The notes beneath the pieces are model-generated. The model saw only the letters and a list, made by a program, of their open reading frames with translations, was not told the DNA's origin and did no database searches. From Pseudomonadota bacterium (GTDB lineage: Bacteria > Pseudomonadota > Gammaproteobacteria > Burkholderiales > Burkholderiaceae_C), in contig JBEEOS010000001.1 of the NCBI GenBank assembly GCA_041191485.1, positions 1 through 51,350 of the forward strand: a stretch of 51,350 nucleotides of DNA, read 5' to 3'. The position numbers and the translations under genes are program-made. Positions 20,303 to 29,669 of this stretch are shown here, in pieces. Numbering within the stretch: position 1 is the stretch's first letter; each line of letters starts with the position of its first letter.

Positions 20303-21214
20303 ATGACGATCGATTTCAAAGGCCGTGTGGCCATTGTGACGGGTGCAGGTGGTGGTCTTGGCCGTCAGCATGCCCTGGCGCTTGCCGCGCGTGGGGCCAA
20401 AGTACTGGTCAATGATCTGGGAGGTGATGTGCATGGTGAAGGCGGGTCGCCTTCGGCTGCGCAAAAAGTGGTCGACGAGATTCGCGCTGCAGGTGGCGAG
20501 GCCTTGGTCAACGGCGCTTCCGTGACGGACTTTGTGGCGGTGCAGGCCATGGTGCAGCAGGCGATGGATGCCTGGGGCCGGGTGGATATTCTGGTCAACA
20601 ACGCGGGCATCTTGCGGGACAAGAGCTTTGCCAAGATGGAGATCGATGATTTCCGCTTGGTCATGGATGTGCACGTCATGGGCGCCGTGCATTGCACCAA
20701 GGCGGTGTGGCCCATCATGCAGGCCCAGCACTATGGGCGCATCATCATGACCACCTCGTCTTCGGGCTTGTATGGCAATTTTGGGCAGGCCAACTACGGC
20801 GCGGCCAAGATGGCCTTGGCCGGCTTGGTCCAGACCCTGTCACTGGAAGGGCAAAAATACGATATCCGTGTCAACGGACTGGCACCCACGGCGGCAACGC
20901 GCATGACGCAAGGATTGATGCCTGAAGCCGTCTTGCGCGCCCTGGCCCCCGAGGCGGTGGTGCCTGCCATGCTGGTGATGGCATGTGAGCAGGCGCCCAA
21001 CCGCACCATCCTGTGCGCTGGTGCGGGGAGCTTTGAAGTGGCCAACATCACGCTCACGCAAGGCGTGCATTTGGGCGTGGGGGAGGATGTGCCTGAACAG
21101 TTGTTGCACCAGCTCGAGGCAGTCTGCAACCGCGCTGGCGATCTGGTGCCAGCTTCAGGTTCGGAGCAGGGCCAACACGAAGTGGCCAAGGCCTTGGCCG
21201 CGCATGGCGGTTGA
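20303..21214 (+). CDS. SDR family oxidoreductase (hydroxyacyl-CoA dehydrogenase/MFE-2-like)
   Basis: TGAGGGLG, VNDLGG, NNAGILRDKSF and GLYGNFGQANYGAAK motifs. Confidence 0.88.
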   Translation: MTIDFKGRVAIVTGAGGGLGRQHALALAARGAKVLVNDLGGDVHGEGGSPSAAQKVVDEIRAAGGEALVNGASVTDFVAVQAMVQQAMDAWGRVDILVNNAGILRDKSFAKMEIDDFRLVMDVHVMGAVHCTKAVWPIMQAQHYGRIIMTTSSSGLYGNFGQANYGAAKMALAGLVQTLSLEGQKYDIRVNGLAPTAATRMTQGLMPEAVLRALAPEAVVPAMLVMACEQAPNRTILCAGAGSFEVANITLTQGVHLGVGEDVPEQLLHQLEAVCNRAGDLVPASGSEQGQHEVAKALAAHGG

Positions 21215-21228
21215 GCTGGACTTGGAGC

Positions 21229-22389
21229 TCACTGTGCCTGGGCGCTGAGCGCCAGACGTTGGCGATCGCGTTCGATGGTTTCGCCCAGTTCAATCACCGC
21301 CATCGCGTAATAACTGCTCCAGTTGTAGCGGGTGACAGCGTAGAAGTTTTCCGTGCCCAGCACAAAGCTGGGGGCGTCTTCGCCGTTTCGCAGTTCGATC
21401 AGGGCGAGCTTGCCCGGGTATTGCACGGCATCTGGCGGCAATTGCAGTCCAAGGGACTGCAGGGTTTGTGCACTAAAGGTGGGTAGGATGTCGGGCAACA
21501 GCAGCTGTTCCAGTTGCTCGGGGCTGCTTTGCACCTGGACGTCAAAGGTCGTGGGCTGTCCAGCTTGCCAGTCGAAAGCGCGGAAGTAGTTGGCGACCGA
21601 CCCGATCGAGTCTGCTGTGCTGTTCCACAAATCGATGTGGCCGTCGCCATCAAAGTCCACGGCGTAGCGCCGCCAACTCGAGGGCATGAATTGCGGCAGA
21701 CCCATGGCGCCTGCGTAGCTGCCCTTGAGGCTGCGTGGGTCGGCCCGGTTCTGGTGGGTCATGAGCAGAAAGTGTTCCAGCTCTTGTCGAAAGAAGGCCT
21801 GGCGTTCTTGCGCGCGGGGGTGGGCCTGGGGAAAGTCAAAAGCCAGTGTGGCCAGCGCATCCAGGATTCGGAAGGAGCCTGTGTGCTGGCCGTAGAGGGT
21901 TTCCACCCCCAGAATGCCGACGATGATGCGTGCAGGCACGCCATAGGTGTGTTCTGCCCGAGCCAGGTCGCTGGCGTGTTCTTGCCAGAATGCCAAGCCT
22001 GCCGCAATCCGGCGGGGTTCGATAAAGCGTTCGCGGTAAGCCGCCCAGTTTTTGGCCGTCGGCTTTGTCGAAGGGGTGACCAGGCGAGTCACATTGGGCA
22101 GCATGCGCGCGTCTGCAATAGCAGCGTTGACCCAGGTCTGTGGCATGTTTTGCCGAATGGCCAGCTCGTGGCCCCATTCAAGAGCTTCGGTTCGCTGGGC
22201 GTAGCCGGGGCCCGGCAAGGGTTGCGCTGCCTGCGGCTTTTTGTGTTGCGGCTTGTGCGCTTTGAACGGTTTGGACTGCGTAGAGCGAGCGTTGTCCACT
22301 TTGGCCCAAGCTGTGTTGACAGAGCTCAAGGCGATCAGCGCCATCAGGACTAAACTGGAGGCGCAATGAATGACTAGGCGATCTCGCAT
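21229..22389 (-). CDS. mltB: lytic murein transglycosylase B (start uncertain)
   Basis: IIVGILGVETLYG, GSYAGAMGLPQFMPSS, EF-hand-like DFDGDGHIDL and TRYNWSSYYAMAV motifs. Confidence 0.93.
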   Translation of the reverse strand: MRDRLVIHCASSLVLMALIALSSVNTAWAKVDNARSTQSKPFKAHKPQHKKPQAAQPLPGPGYAQRTEALEWGHELAIRQNMPQTWVNAAIADARMLPNVTRLVTPSTKPTAKNWAAYRERFIEPRRIAAGLAFWQEHASDLARAEHTYGVPARIIVGILGVETLYGQHTGSFRILDALATLAFDFPQAHPRAQERQAFFRQELEHFLLMTHQNRADPRSLKGSYAGAMGLPQFMPSSWRRYAVDFDGDGHIDLWNSTADSIGSVANYFRAFDWQAGQPTTFDVQVQSSPEQLEQLLLPDILPTFSAQTLQSLGLQLPPDAVQYPGKLALIELRNGEDAPSFVLGTENFYAVTRYNWSSYYAMAVIELGETIERDRQRLALSAQAQ

Positions 22390-22478
22390 GCAGGCAGTGT
22401 ACCGCTGACAAAGCGATCAATCCATCATGCTAAGCTCATGCCACGTTTGTGGCTGCACACTTCAGGAAAGATGTCATC

Positions 22479-23432
22479 ATGGGGCACACCGCCTATTACG
22501 CGCATCCCACTTGTTTCAAGCACGATATGGGGCCGGGCCATCCCGAATGTCCACAGCGCCTGAGTGCGATTGAAGACCGTTTGCTGATCACAGGGGTGGA
22601 TATGGCGCTGCAGCGTCTGGAGCCGGCGCCTGCTGCGCTGGCGGACCTGGAGCTGGCGCACACGCGCATGCACATTGCTGCCTTGCGCGGGTTGACCGAT
22701 GTACTCAAGGAAGACATGGCCGCAGGCGGCCCCGAGCACACCCAGCTGGACCCGGACACCTCCATCAATGAGTTCACCTATCAGGCGGCCTTGCTGTCTG
22801 CTGGCGCCGCCATCGCAGCGACCGATGCGGTGCTGGCGGGGGAATATGAAAACGCCTTCTGTGCCACCCGACCGCCTGGGCACCACGCATGTCGTGACAA
22901 GGCCATGGGCTTTTGCTTTTTCAACAACGTGGCCATTGCAGCCAAGCATGCCGTCGAGCGCCATGGGCTCAAGCGCGTGGCCATCGTTGACTTTGATGTG
23001 CACCACGGCAACGGCACCGAAGACATCGTGGCCGGGGATGAGCGCATATTGATGGTCAGTTTTTACCAGCACCCCTTCTACCCCGAAGGGGGCTCCGTAT
23101 CGAGCGCATCGAACTTGCTCAATGTGCCTGTGCCTGCCTACACCAAGGGCATGGACATCCGTGAAATTGTTGATGCCCTATGGGTGCCGCGTTTGCTGGA
23201 ACATGCCCCCGAGCTGATTTTCATCAGCGCCGGTTTTGACGCCCACCGTGAAGACGACATGGGCCAGCTGGGCTTGGTCGAGCAGGACTATGTCTGGATC
23301 ACGCGTCGCATCATGGATGTGGCCCAGCAGTGCGCCAAAGGTCGCGTGGTCAGCTGCCTGGAAGGGGGCTATAACCTCAGCGCCTTGTCCCGCAGCGTGG
23401 AAGCACATGTACGAACATTGGCAGATGTGTAA
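22479..23432 (+). CDS. histone deacetylase family protein
   Basis: HPECPQRL, RPPGHHA, GFCFFNN, DFDVHHGNGT, SAGFDAH and LEGGY motifs. Confidence 0.93.
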   Translation: MGHTAYYAHPTCFKHDMGPGHPECPQRLSAIEDRLLITGVDMALQRLEPAPAALADLELAHTRMHIAALRGLTDVLKEDMAAGGPEHTQLDPDTSINEFTYQAALLSAGAAIAATDAVLAGEYENAFCATRPPGHHACRDKAMGFCFFNNVAIAAKHAVERHGLKRVAIVDFDVHHGNGTEDIVAGDERILMVSFYQHPFYPEGGSVSSASNLLNVPVPAYTKGMDIREIVDALWVPRLLEHAPELIFISAGFDAHREDDMGQLGLVEQDYVWITRRIMDVAQQCAKGRVVSCLEGGYNLSALSRSVEAHVRTLADV

Positions 23433-23438
23433 GAAAGA

Positions 23439-24719
23439 ATGAAAACCATGACGATGGAGAACACGCCAAAAATTGCAAACCCACTGGCTTGGGTTGAGTC
23501 CGTGACGCAGGCGGATGCTTTGCTGGTGCTGGGTGCTTTTGCATTCTGCATCGTGTTGTCCTGGACCCTGGTTTGGGCGCTGCGGCGAACGCTTAAAAGT
23601 GGTGACTTCAACATCCTGCTGGGCCGCAAGCTGGTGGATGGCGTTTTGTTTCCTGCGCTTTTGCTGGCGACCACCTACGCTGCCAGCATTGTGTTGACGC
23701 GCGAACATCAGGGCGCCTTGTTTTCAGTCTTGCTGCCGGTCTGTATTTCTTTGGCGGTCATCCGCCTGGGAGTCAAGGTGTTGCAGGTGGCTTTGGGGAC
23801 GACACCCATGGTGCGCGCACTCGAGCGCACCATTTCCTGGGGGGCCTGGATCGCTGTGGTCATGTGGGTCACGGGTGTATTGCCCCTGGTGCTGGAAGAG
23901 TTGGACAAGATCCACTGGAAGGTCGGCGCCAGCACCTTGTCGGTGCGGACCATGATTGAAGGGGCTTTGACCGCGGGAGCTGTTTTGATCGTGGCTTTAT
24001 GGGTCTCATCGGCGATTGAAAGCCGCCTGCTCAAATCCGCCACAGGCAGTGACCTCTCCCTGCGCAAAGTGATCAGCAACTCGGTGCGCGCTTTGCTGAT
24101 GTTTGTGGGTGTTTTGTTGGCACTGACCTCGGTGGGCATAGATCTGACGGCGCTGTCTGTGCTGGGCGGAGCCATTGGTGTGGGTATTGGATTTGGCCTG
24201 CAGCGCCTGGCGTCCAACTATGTCAGCGGGTTTGTGATCCTGGCCGAGCGCAGCATGCGCATTGGCGATAACGTGCGGGTTGATGGCTTTGAGGGGCGAA
24301 TCACCGACATCAAGGCCCGATACACCGTGATTCGATCGCTGGCAGGTCGCGAGTCGATTGTGCCCAATGAACTGCTGATCACAAGTCGCGTGGAGAACCT
24401 GTCCCTGGCTGACACCAACATCTGGCAATTCACAGTGGTCAGCGTTGCCTACGACAGCGACGTGGAGCTGGTGCGTGATCTGCTGCTTCAGGCTTGTGTG
24501 CAGCAGCCTCGCGTGCTCAAGGACCCTGGGCCGGCTGTGACGATGACGGCGTTTGGCGCCGATGGTCTGGAGTTCACCGTGGGGTACTGGATCAATGATC
24601 CCGAGAACGGTCAGAACAACCTCAAATCAGACATCAACTTTGCAATCTTGCATGCCTTGCGCAAGCACAAGATCGAAATTCCGTTTCCACAGCGCGTGGT
24701 GCACCTTCACAAGGACTGA
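23439..24719 (+). CDS. small-conductance mechanosensitive channel family protein
   Basis: Multiple transmembrane segments; GAIGVGIGFGLQ...NYVSG, IVPNE and IEIPFPQR motifs. Confidence 0.92.
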   Translation: MKTMTMENTPKIANPLAWVESVTQADALLVLGAFAFCIVLSWTLVWALRRTLKSGDFNILLGRKLVDGVLFPALLLATTYAASIVLTREHQGALFSVLLPVCISLAVIRLGVKVLQVALGTTPMVRALERTISWGAWIAVVMWVTGVLPLVLEELDKIHWKVGASTLSVRTMIEGALTAGAVLIVALWVSSAIESRLLKSATGSDLSLRKVISNSVRALLMFVGVLLALTSVGIDLTALSVLGGAIGVGIGFGLQRLASNYVSGFVILAERSMRIGDNVRVDGFEGRITDIKARYTVIRSLAGRESIVPNELLITSRVENLSLADTNIWQFTVVSVAYDSDVELVRDLLLQACVQQPRVLKDPGPAVTMTAFGADGLEFTVGYWINDPENGQNNLKSDINFAILHALRKHKIEIPFPQRVVHLHKD

Positions 24720-24736
24720 GCCTTCAGGCTCAGTCC
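24713..24736. terminator. perfect 10-bp hairpin spanning both convergent stop codons
   Basis: GGACTGAGCC-TTCA-GGCTCAGTCC. Confidence 0.5.
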
Positions 24737-26022
24737 ATGAAAGAGGGTAGCCAAAGGCTTAAAGCCGGGAAGGCCATGAGCAGGCACAGTGTGATGATCT
24801 GCACGCCCACATAGGGGCTGACGCCTTTGAAGATGGCTTTGAGTCCCACCTTTGGTAGCAGGGTATTGATCACAAACAGGTTCATGCCCACAGGTGGCGA
24901 GATCATGCCGATCTGGATCACCATGACGATCAGCACGCCGAACCAGACTGGATCAAAGCCCAGCTCCATCACCACCGGGAAAAACAGCGGAATGGTCAAC
25001 AGCACCATGGTCAGCTCCTCCATGACCATGCCCAACAAGATGTAGATCAGCATCATGGCTGCCACGATCATGATGGGGGAAGCATTGAGCTGCACCAGCC
25101 AGTCCTTGAGTTCGAAAGGCATGCTGGTGAAGTTGATGAAGTTGGCAAAAATGGTGGCAGCAATCAGCAAGGCGAAAAGCATGGCGGTGGTGCGTGCAGA
25201 CTCCACCAGCACTTCGTAGAGCACTCTCCAGCTCAGGCGGCCGCGACCGAGTGCAAACAGGAAGGCGCCAGAGGCCCCCATGCCTGCGCCTTCGGTGGCT
25301 GTGAAGAAGCCACCATAAATGCCTCCCAGCACCACCACGATCAGCACAATCACCCCCCAGATGCCGCGTAGAGCCTGCCAGCGTTCGCTCCAGCTGTGCT
25401 TTTCTGCAGCAGGTGCAAGAGCAGGGTTGCGGGCAGTGACGAGGGACACCGCCAGCATCATCATCGCCGCCGTCAGCAGGCCCGGCAACACCCCGGCTGC
25501 AAACAGTTTGCCAATATGGGTTTCGGTCACGATGCCGTAAATGACCATGATGGTGGAGGGCGGGATCATGATGCCCAGGGTGCCACCAGCGGCAATCACG
25601 CCAGTGGACAGGCTGTCGCTGTAGCCCAGGCGCTTCATGGAAGGGTAGGCCACCTTGCTCATGGTGGCGGCCGTGGCAATGGAGGAGCCGCAAATGGCGC
25701 CAAAGCCTGCGCAAGCAGCAATGGTGGCTTGTGCCAGGCCGCCGCGACGGTGGCCGATGAAGGTGTAGGCTGCATGAAACAGCTCATGGGCCAGACCGGC
25801 ACGGGCCACAAAGTTGCCCATCAAAATGAACAGTGGCACAACGGATAGCGTGTAGGCAAAACCGGTTTCGTGAACCACCTGAGCCGTGCTGGCCAGAGCA
25901 GGGACCCAGCCACGCACCAGACCCATGCCGACAAAGCCAATGAGGCCCATGGCAAAAGCCAGGGGAACACGCAAGACGGCCAGAACAAAGATGGAGGCAA
26001 AGCCCAACAGTGCTTCTGTCAT
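24730..26022 (-). CDS. dctM: TRAP transporter large permease (DctM)
   Basis: PLFILMG, FGAICGSSIAT, GGTLGIMIPPS, GIYGGFFTATEGA and SPPVGMNLF motifs. Confidence 0.93.
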   Translation of the reverse strand: MTEALLGFASIFVLAVLRVPLAFAMGLIGFVGMGLVRGWVPALASTAQVVHETGFAYTLSVVPLFILMGNFVARAGLAHELFHAAYTFIGHRRGGLAQATIAACAGFGAICGSSIATAATMSKVAYPSMKRLGYSDSLSTGVIAAGGTLGIMIPPSTIMVIYGIVTETHIGKLFAAGVLPGLLTAAMMMLAVSLVTARNPALAPAAEKHSWSERWQALRGIWGVIVLIVVVLGGIYGGFFTATEGAGMGASGAFLFALGRGRLSWRVLYEVLVESARTTAMLFALLIAATIFANFINFTSMPFELKDWLVQLNASPIMIVAAMMLIYILLGMVMEELTMVLLTIPLFFPVVMELGFDPVWFGVLIVMVIQIGMISPPVGMNLFVINTLLPKVGLKAIFKGVSPYVGVQIITLCLLMAFPALSLWLPSFMD

Positions 26023-26501
26023 GCTGCTTCTCCTTCGTGATGCCCGTGCGGTTCTTTCGACCAGATCAAGGACCAGTGCACCAGTCCACACAGCGCGCAT
26101 AAAACGCCCATGCCTTTGATGAAGGGGTATTTCATGATGCCCAGTTGAGCTGTGGTTTCGCCCGCGCTTTCAAAGTCCAGGCCGGTGTGCCACATCAAGT
26201 AGCCCAAAGTCAGCATGGCTGCGCCGCAAAGGACATTGACGGCGTGGGTTTGCATGCGCTTGAAGCTTTCGGGCAGGAAGCTGTCGAGCGAATCGAAGGT
26301 GACGTGCTCACCGCGCAGCGTGACCAGGGGCAGGGCGCAGAAGATGACAACCACCATCAGCAGCTCTGTCAGCTCCAGCGAGCCGGTGATGGATTGCGAC
26401 AGGAATTTTCGGCCGCCCACATCAAAAAACGTCAGCGTCATGATGGCAAACAAGGCCACGCCACACAGCAGACCGCAAAACCATTCCAGCAATTTTTTCA
26501 A
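26019..26501 (-). CDS. dctQ: TRAP transporter small permease (DctQ); TTG start approximate
   Basis: Four transmembrane segments; DVGGRK, GSLELTELL and GEHVTFD motifs; lies between dctP and dctM. Confidence 0.88.
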   Translation of the reverse strand: MKKLLEWFCGLLCGVALFAIMTLTFFDVGGRKFLSQSITGSLELTELLMVVVIFCALPLVTLRGEHVTFDSLDSFLPESFKRMQTHAVNVLCGAAMLTLGYLMWHTGLDFESAGETTAQLGIMKYPFIKGMGVLCALCGLVHWSLIWSKEPHGHHEGEAA

Positions 26502-26603
26502 AACCGTGTCCTGCAAAACAAATGCGGTACCTGCTTGCGCTGCGGTACCGCTGGGGTGGGAATCGCCCGACCGCAAGGGCCGGGCATGTCGCCAAAGTCT
26601 TCG

Positions 26604-27611
26604 TTATTTTGACAGTTTGGCGATCTCGCTGCGGAAATCGGACAGCACGGAGGAGGGGTTCTTCAGACCCTTCGCGGCCGCAGCTTGCGCCCAGTCACGC
26701 TCGAGCTTGTTGACGCGCACCGTCACGGCGCTGACAAACGAGGGGTCGGCCTTGATGACCTTGACGCCGTTTTTCTGCATGTTGGCCAGGGCAGCGGTAT
26801 CCACTCGGTCCCAAGCCTTGCCAAACAGACGGGCGACGTACTCGCCAGACAACTCGTCCACCACTTTCTTGTCTTCAGCCGACAGGGCGTTGTACTTGGC
26901 CGGGTTCATCATGAACACAAAGCTGGTGTTGTACAGACCGCCGGGGAACTGGGTGGCGTGCTTGATGATCTTGTCGATCTTGAACGAGTCGGTCGATTCG
27001 GCGGGGAACAGGGTGCCGTCCATCACGCCGCTGGAAAGCAGCTCGTAGGAGTCCGGGGCTGGCTTGAGTGTGACGTTCATGTCCAGGACTTTGGAGATTT
27101 CGTTCACCATGCCACCGCCCACACGGAACTTCAGGCCAGACAGGTCTTCGATGCGGGTGATCGGCTTTTTGGTGTTGAACACCATGCCAGGACCATGCGT
27201 GAAATAGGACAGGACCTTCACGCCTTGATGCTCAGCGGCGAACTCGGGGTGTTTGCTGGCCACACGGTTGAACGCCACCGAAATCGACTCAGCGCTGTCA
27301 CCCAGGAAAGGAAACTCGGCCATCTGCGTCAAGACAAACCGGCCGGGGGTGTAACCGTGCACGGTGAAGGAAACGTCCACCAAGCCATTTTTGACGGCGT
27401 CGAAGGTGCCGGGCGGGGGGGTGACGGCGCGGGGCAGGATGTTGCATCGGACACGGTTGGACGTCTTGCTGGCCAGTGTGTTGCACCATTCTTTCTGCGA
27501 AACCGACAGGCCGTGCGTGGGCGGTACCCAACTCGAGGCGGTCAGCACGGTTTGAGCTTGTGCCAAGCCTGTCAAAGCCAGGGTGGCCAGCGGCAGAAGG
27601 AATTTTTTCAT
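26604..27611 (-). CDS. dctP: TRAP transporter substrate-binding protein (DctP family)
   Basis: Signal peptide MKKFLLPLATLALTGLAQA; DLSGLKFRV (conserved carboxylate-binding Arg); YELLSSGVMDG motif. Confidence 0.93.
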   Translation of the reverse strand: MKKFLLPLATLALTGLAQAQTVLTASSWVPPTHGLSVSQKEWCNTLASKTSNRVRCNILPRAVTPPPGTFDAVKNGLVDVSFTVHGYTPGRFVLTQMAEFPFLGDSAESISVAFNRVASKHPEFAAEHQGVKVLSYFTHGPGMVFNTKKPITRIEDLSGLKFRVGGGMVNEISKVLDMNVTLKPAPDSYELLSSGVMDGTLFPAESTDSFKIDKIIKHATQFPGGLYNTSFVFMMNPAKYNALSAEDKKVVDELSGEYVARLFGKAWDRVDTAALANMQKNGVKVIKADPSFVSAVTVRVNKLERDWAQAAAAKGLKNPSSVLSDFRSEIAKLSK

Positions 27612-27764
27612 ACGTGAGTCTCCATGATTGGTTATGAAACATAATCTAATCGGAAAACGACCAGACGGCACTACATGCTAACCCTGATGCACCGACCGGT
27701 TGGTCGGTGAATTCCCGGGGGTACCATGCCTGCGGCGAGTTCCAGCAAATGTCGCGGATAATTC

Positions 27765-27776
27765 GAACGATCGTGC
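27765..27776. promoter_or_regulatory. FadP-like (TetR family) operator
   Basis: Near-palindrome GAACGATCGTGC with AT-rich flanks; resembles, from memory, the Burkholderiales fatty-acid regulator FadP core motif; upstream of etfB. Confidence 0.55.
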
Positions 27777-27829
27777 TTTTTCGCAACGATGGTGCCTGAA
27801 AATTTGGCTACCCAACCGAATTGATGCAC

Positions 27830-27855
27830 AATTGACGTTTACGTTAACGTCAATT
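27830..27855. promoter_or_regulatory. LiuR-like (MerR family) operator
   Basis: AATTGACGTT-TACGTT-AACGTCAATT: a perfect 10-bp inverted repeat built of ACGT units, 40 nt upstream of etfB (a typical LiuR regulon member). Confidence 0.75.
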
Positions 27856-27895
27856 TGCGCAACGCTCTTCACATTCAATATTCAGGAGATAGCTC

Positions 27896-28645
27896 ATGAA
27901 AATTCTGGTTCCCGTCAAACGGGTGGTGGACTACAACGTCAAGGTCCGCGTCAAGAGCGACAACAGCGGCGTGGACATTGCCAACGTCAAGATGAGCATG
28001 AACCCCTTTGACGAGATCGCCGTTGAAGAAGCTGTGCGCCTGAAGGAAAAGGGCGTGGCCACCGAGGTGATCGCTGTCTCCTGTGGTGTGACCCAATGCC
28101 AGGAAACCCTGCGCACCGCCATGGCCATCGGTGCCGACCGCGCCATCCTGGTCGAGACCACCGAAGAGCTGCAGCCCCTGGCTGTGGCCAAGCTGCTCAA
28201 GGCCCTGGTGGACAAGGAACAACCGGGTCTGGTGATTCTGGGCAAGCAAGCCATCGACGACGATGCCAACCAGACGGGCCAGATGCTGGCGGCGCTGGCC
28301 GATTTGCCGCAAGCCACCTTCGCGTCCAAAGTCGAGGTGGGCGATGGCAAAGCCAACGTGACCCGTGAAATTGATGGCGGCCTGGAAACCCTGGCCGTCT
28401 CGCTGCCTGCGGTCATCACCACTGACTTGCGCCTGAACGAGCCGCGCTACGTGACGCTGCCCAACATTATGAAGGCCAAGAAAAAGCAGCTCGACACCTT
28501 CAAACCCGAAGATTTGGGTGTGGATGTCACCCCGCGCCTGAAAACCCTCAAAGTGGCTGAGCCTGCCAAGCGCAGCGCCGGCATCAAGGTGCCCGATGTG
28601 GCCACCCTGGTCGACAAACTCAAGAACGTTGCAAAGGTGATCTGA
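27896..28645 (+). CDS. etfB: electron transfer flavoprotein beta subunit
   Basis: [32 protein letters not shown] and DLRLNEPRY motifs. Confidence 0.97.
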   Translation: MKILVPVKRVVDYNVKVRVKSDNSGVDIANVKMSMNPFDEIAVEEAVRLKEKGVATEVIAVSCGVTQCQETLRTAMAIGADRAILVETTEELQPLAVAKLLKALVDKEQPGLVILGKQAIDDDANQTGQMLAALADLPQATFASKVEVGDGKANVTREIDGGLETLAVSLPAVITTDLRLNEPRYVTLPNIMKAKKKQLDTFKPEDLGVDVTPRLKTLKVAEPAKRSAGIKVPDVATLVDKLKNVAKVI

Positions 28646-28647
28646 TC

Positions 28648-29580
28648 ATGACCGCACTCGTCATTGCCGAACACGACAACGCCTCCATCAAAGGCGCGAC
28701 CCTCAACACCGTGACCGCCGCTGCCGCTTGCGGGGGTGACGTGCACGTGCTGGTGGCTGGCCACAACGCTGGCGCTGCCGCTGCTGCCGCTGCCCAGATC
28801 GCTGGCGTGTCCAAAGTGATCCATGCCGACAGCCAAGCGCTGGCCCACGGCCTGGCCGAGAACGTTGCCGCCCAGGTGCTGGCCATTGCCAGCGCTTACA
28901 GCCACATCCTGTTCCCGGCCACGGCCAGCGGCAAGAACGTGGCGCCACGTGTGGCCGCCAAACTGGACGTTGCCCAAATTTCAGACATCACCAAGGTCGA
29001 GTCTGCCGACACCTTCGAGCGACCGATCTACGCAGGCAACGCCATCGCGACTGTGCAAAGTTTGGACGCCACCAAAGTGATCACTGTGCGCACCACGGGT
29101 TTTGACGCCGCAGCTGCCACCGGTAGCTCCGCTGCTGTTGAATCCGCAGCCGCACAAGCCGACAGCGGCAAGAGCAGCTATGTGGGCAGCGAAATCGCCA
29201 AGAGCGACCGCCCCGAGCTAACGGCGGCCAAGATCATCGTGTCCGGTGGCCGCGCGCTGGGCAGCGCCGAGAAGTTCAACGAAGTCATGACGCCCCTGGC
29301 CGACAAGCTGGGCGCTGCCATCGGTGCCAGCCGCGCCGCAGTAGATGCCGGTTACGCCCCCAACGACCTGCAGGTCGGCCAGACCGGCAAGATCGTTGCG
29401 CCCGAGCTGTATGTGGCTTGCGGCATTTCCGGGGCCATCCAGCACCTGGCCGGCATGAAGGACTCCAAAGTGATTGTGGCGATCAACAAGGACCCCGAGG
29501 CGCCGATCTTCAGTGTGGCCGACTTCGGCCTGGAGGCCGACCTGTTCGTGGCTGTGCCCGAACTGACCAACGCACTGTGA
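28648..29580 (+). CDS. etfA: electron transfer flavoprotein alpha subunit
   Basis: [28 protein letters not shown] and [12 protein letters not shown] motifs. Confidence 0.97.
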   Translation: MTALVIAEHDNASIKGATLNTVTAAAACGGDVHVLVAGHNAGAAAAAAAQIAGVSKVIHADSQALAHGLAENVAAQVLAIASAYSHILFPATASGKNVAPRVAAKLDVAQISDITKVESADTFERPIYAGNAIATVQSLDATKVITVRTTGFDAAAATGSSAAVESAAAQADSGKSSYVGSEIAKSDRPELTAAKIIVSGGRALGSAEKFNEVMTPLADKLGAAIGASRAAVDAGYAPNDLQVGQTGKIVAPELYVACGISGAIQHLAGMKDSKVIVAINKDPEAPIFSVADFGLEADLFVAVPELTNAL

Positions 29581-29590
29581 TGTGTTGACA

Positions 29591-29628
29591 CTTGCAAAAA
29601 GGCCTCTGACTGAGGCCTTTTTTGCAAG
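29591..29628 (+). terminator. intrinsic terminator after etfA
   Basis: CTTGCAAAAAGGCCTC-TGACT-GAGGCCTTTTTTGCAAG. Confidence 0.85.
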
Positions 29629-29669
29629 CAAATCAAACCCTATAAAAAGCGATTTCTACGGAGAACCTC

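Noticed and set aside
26524-26586. REP-like or mobile palindromes between dctP and dctQ
   Set aside because: Two hairpins are present but not repeated elsewhere in the window; typical mRNA-stabilising stems after a binding-protein gene.
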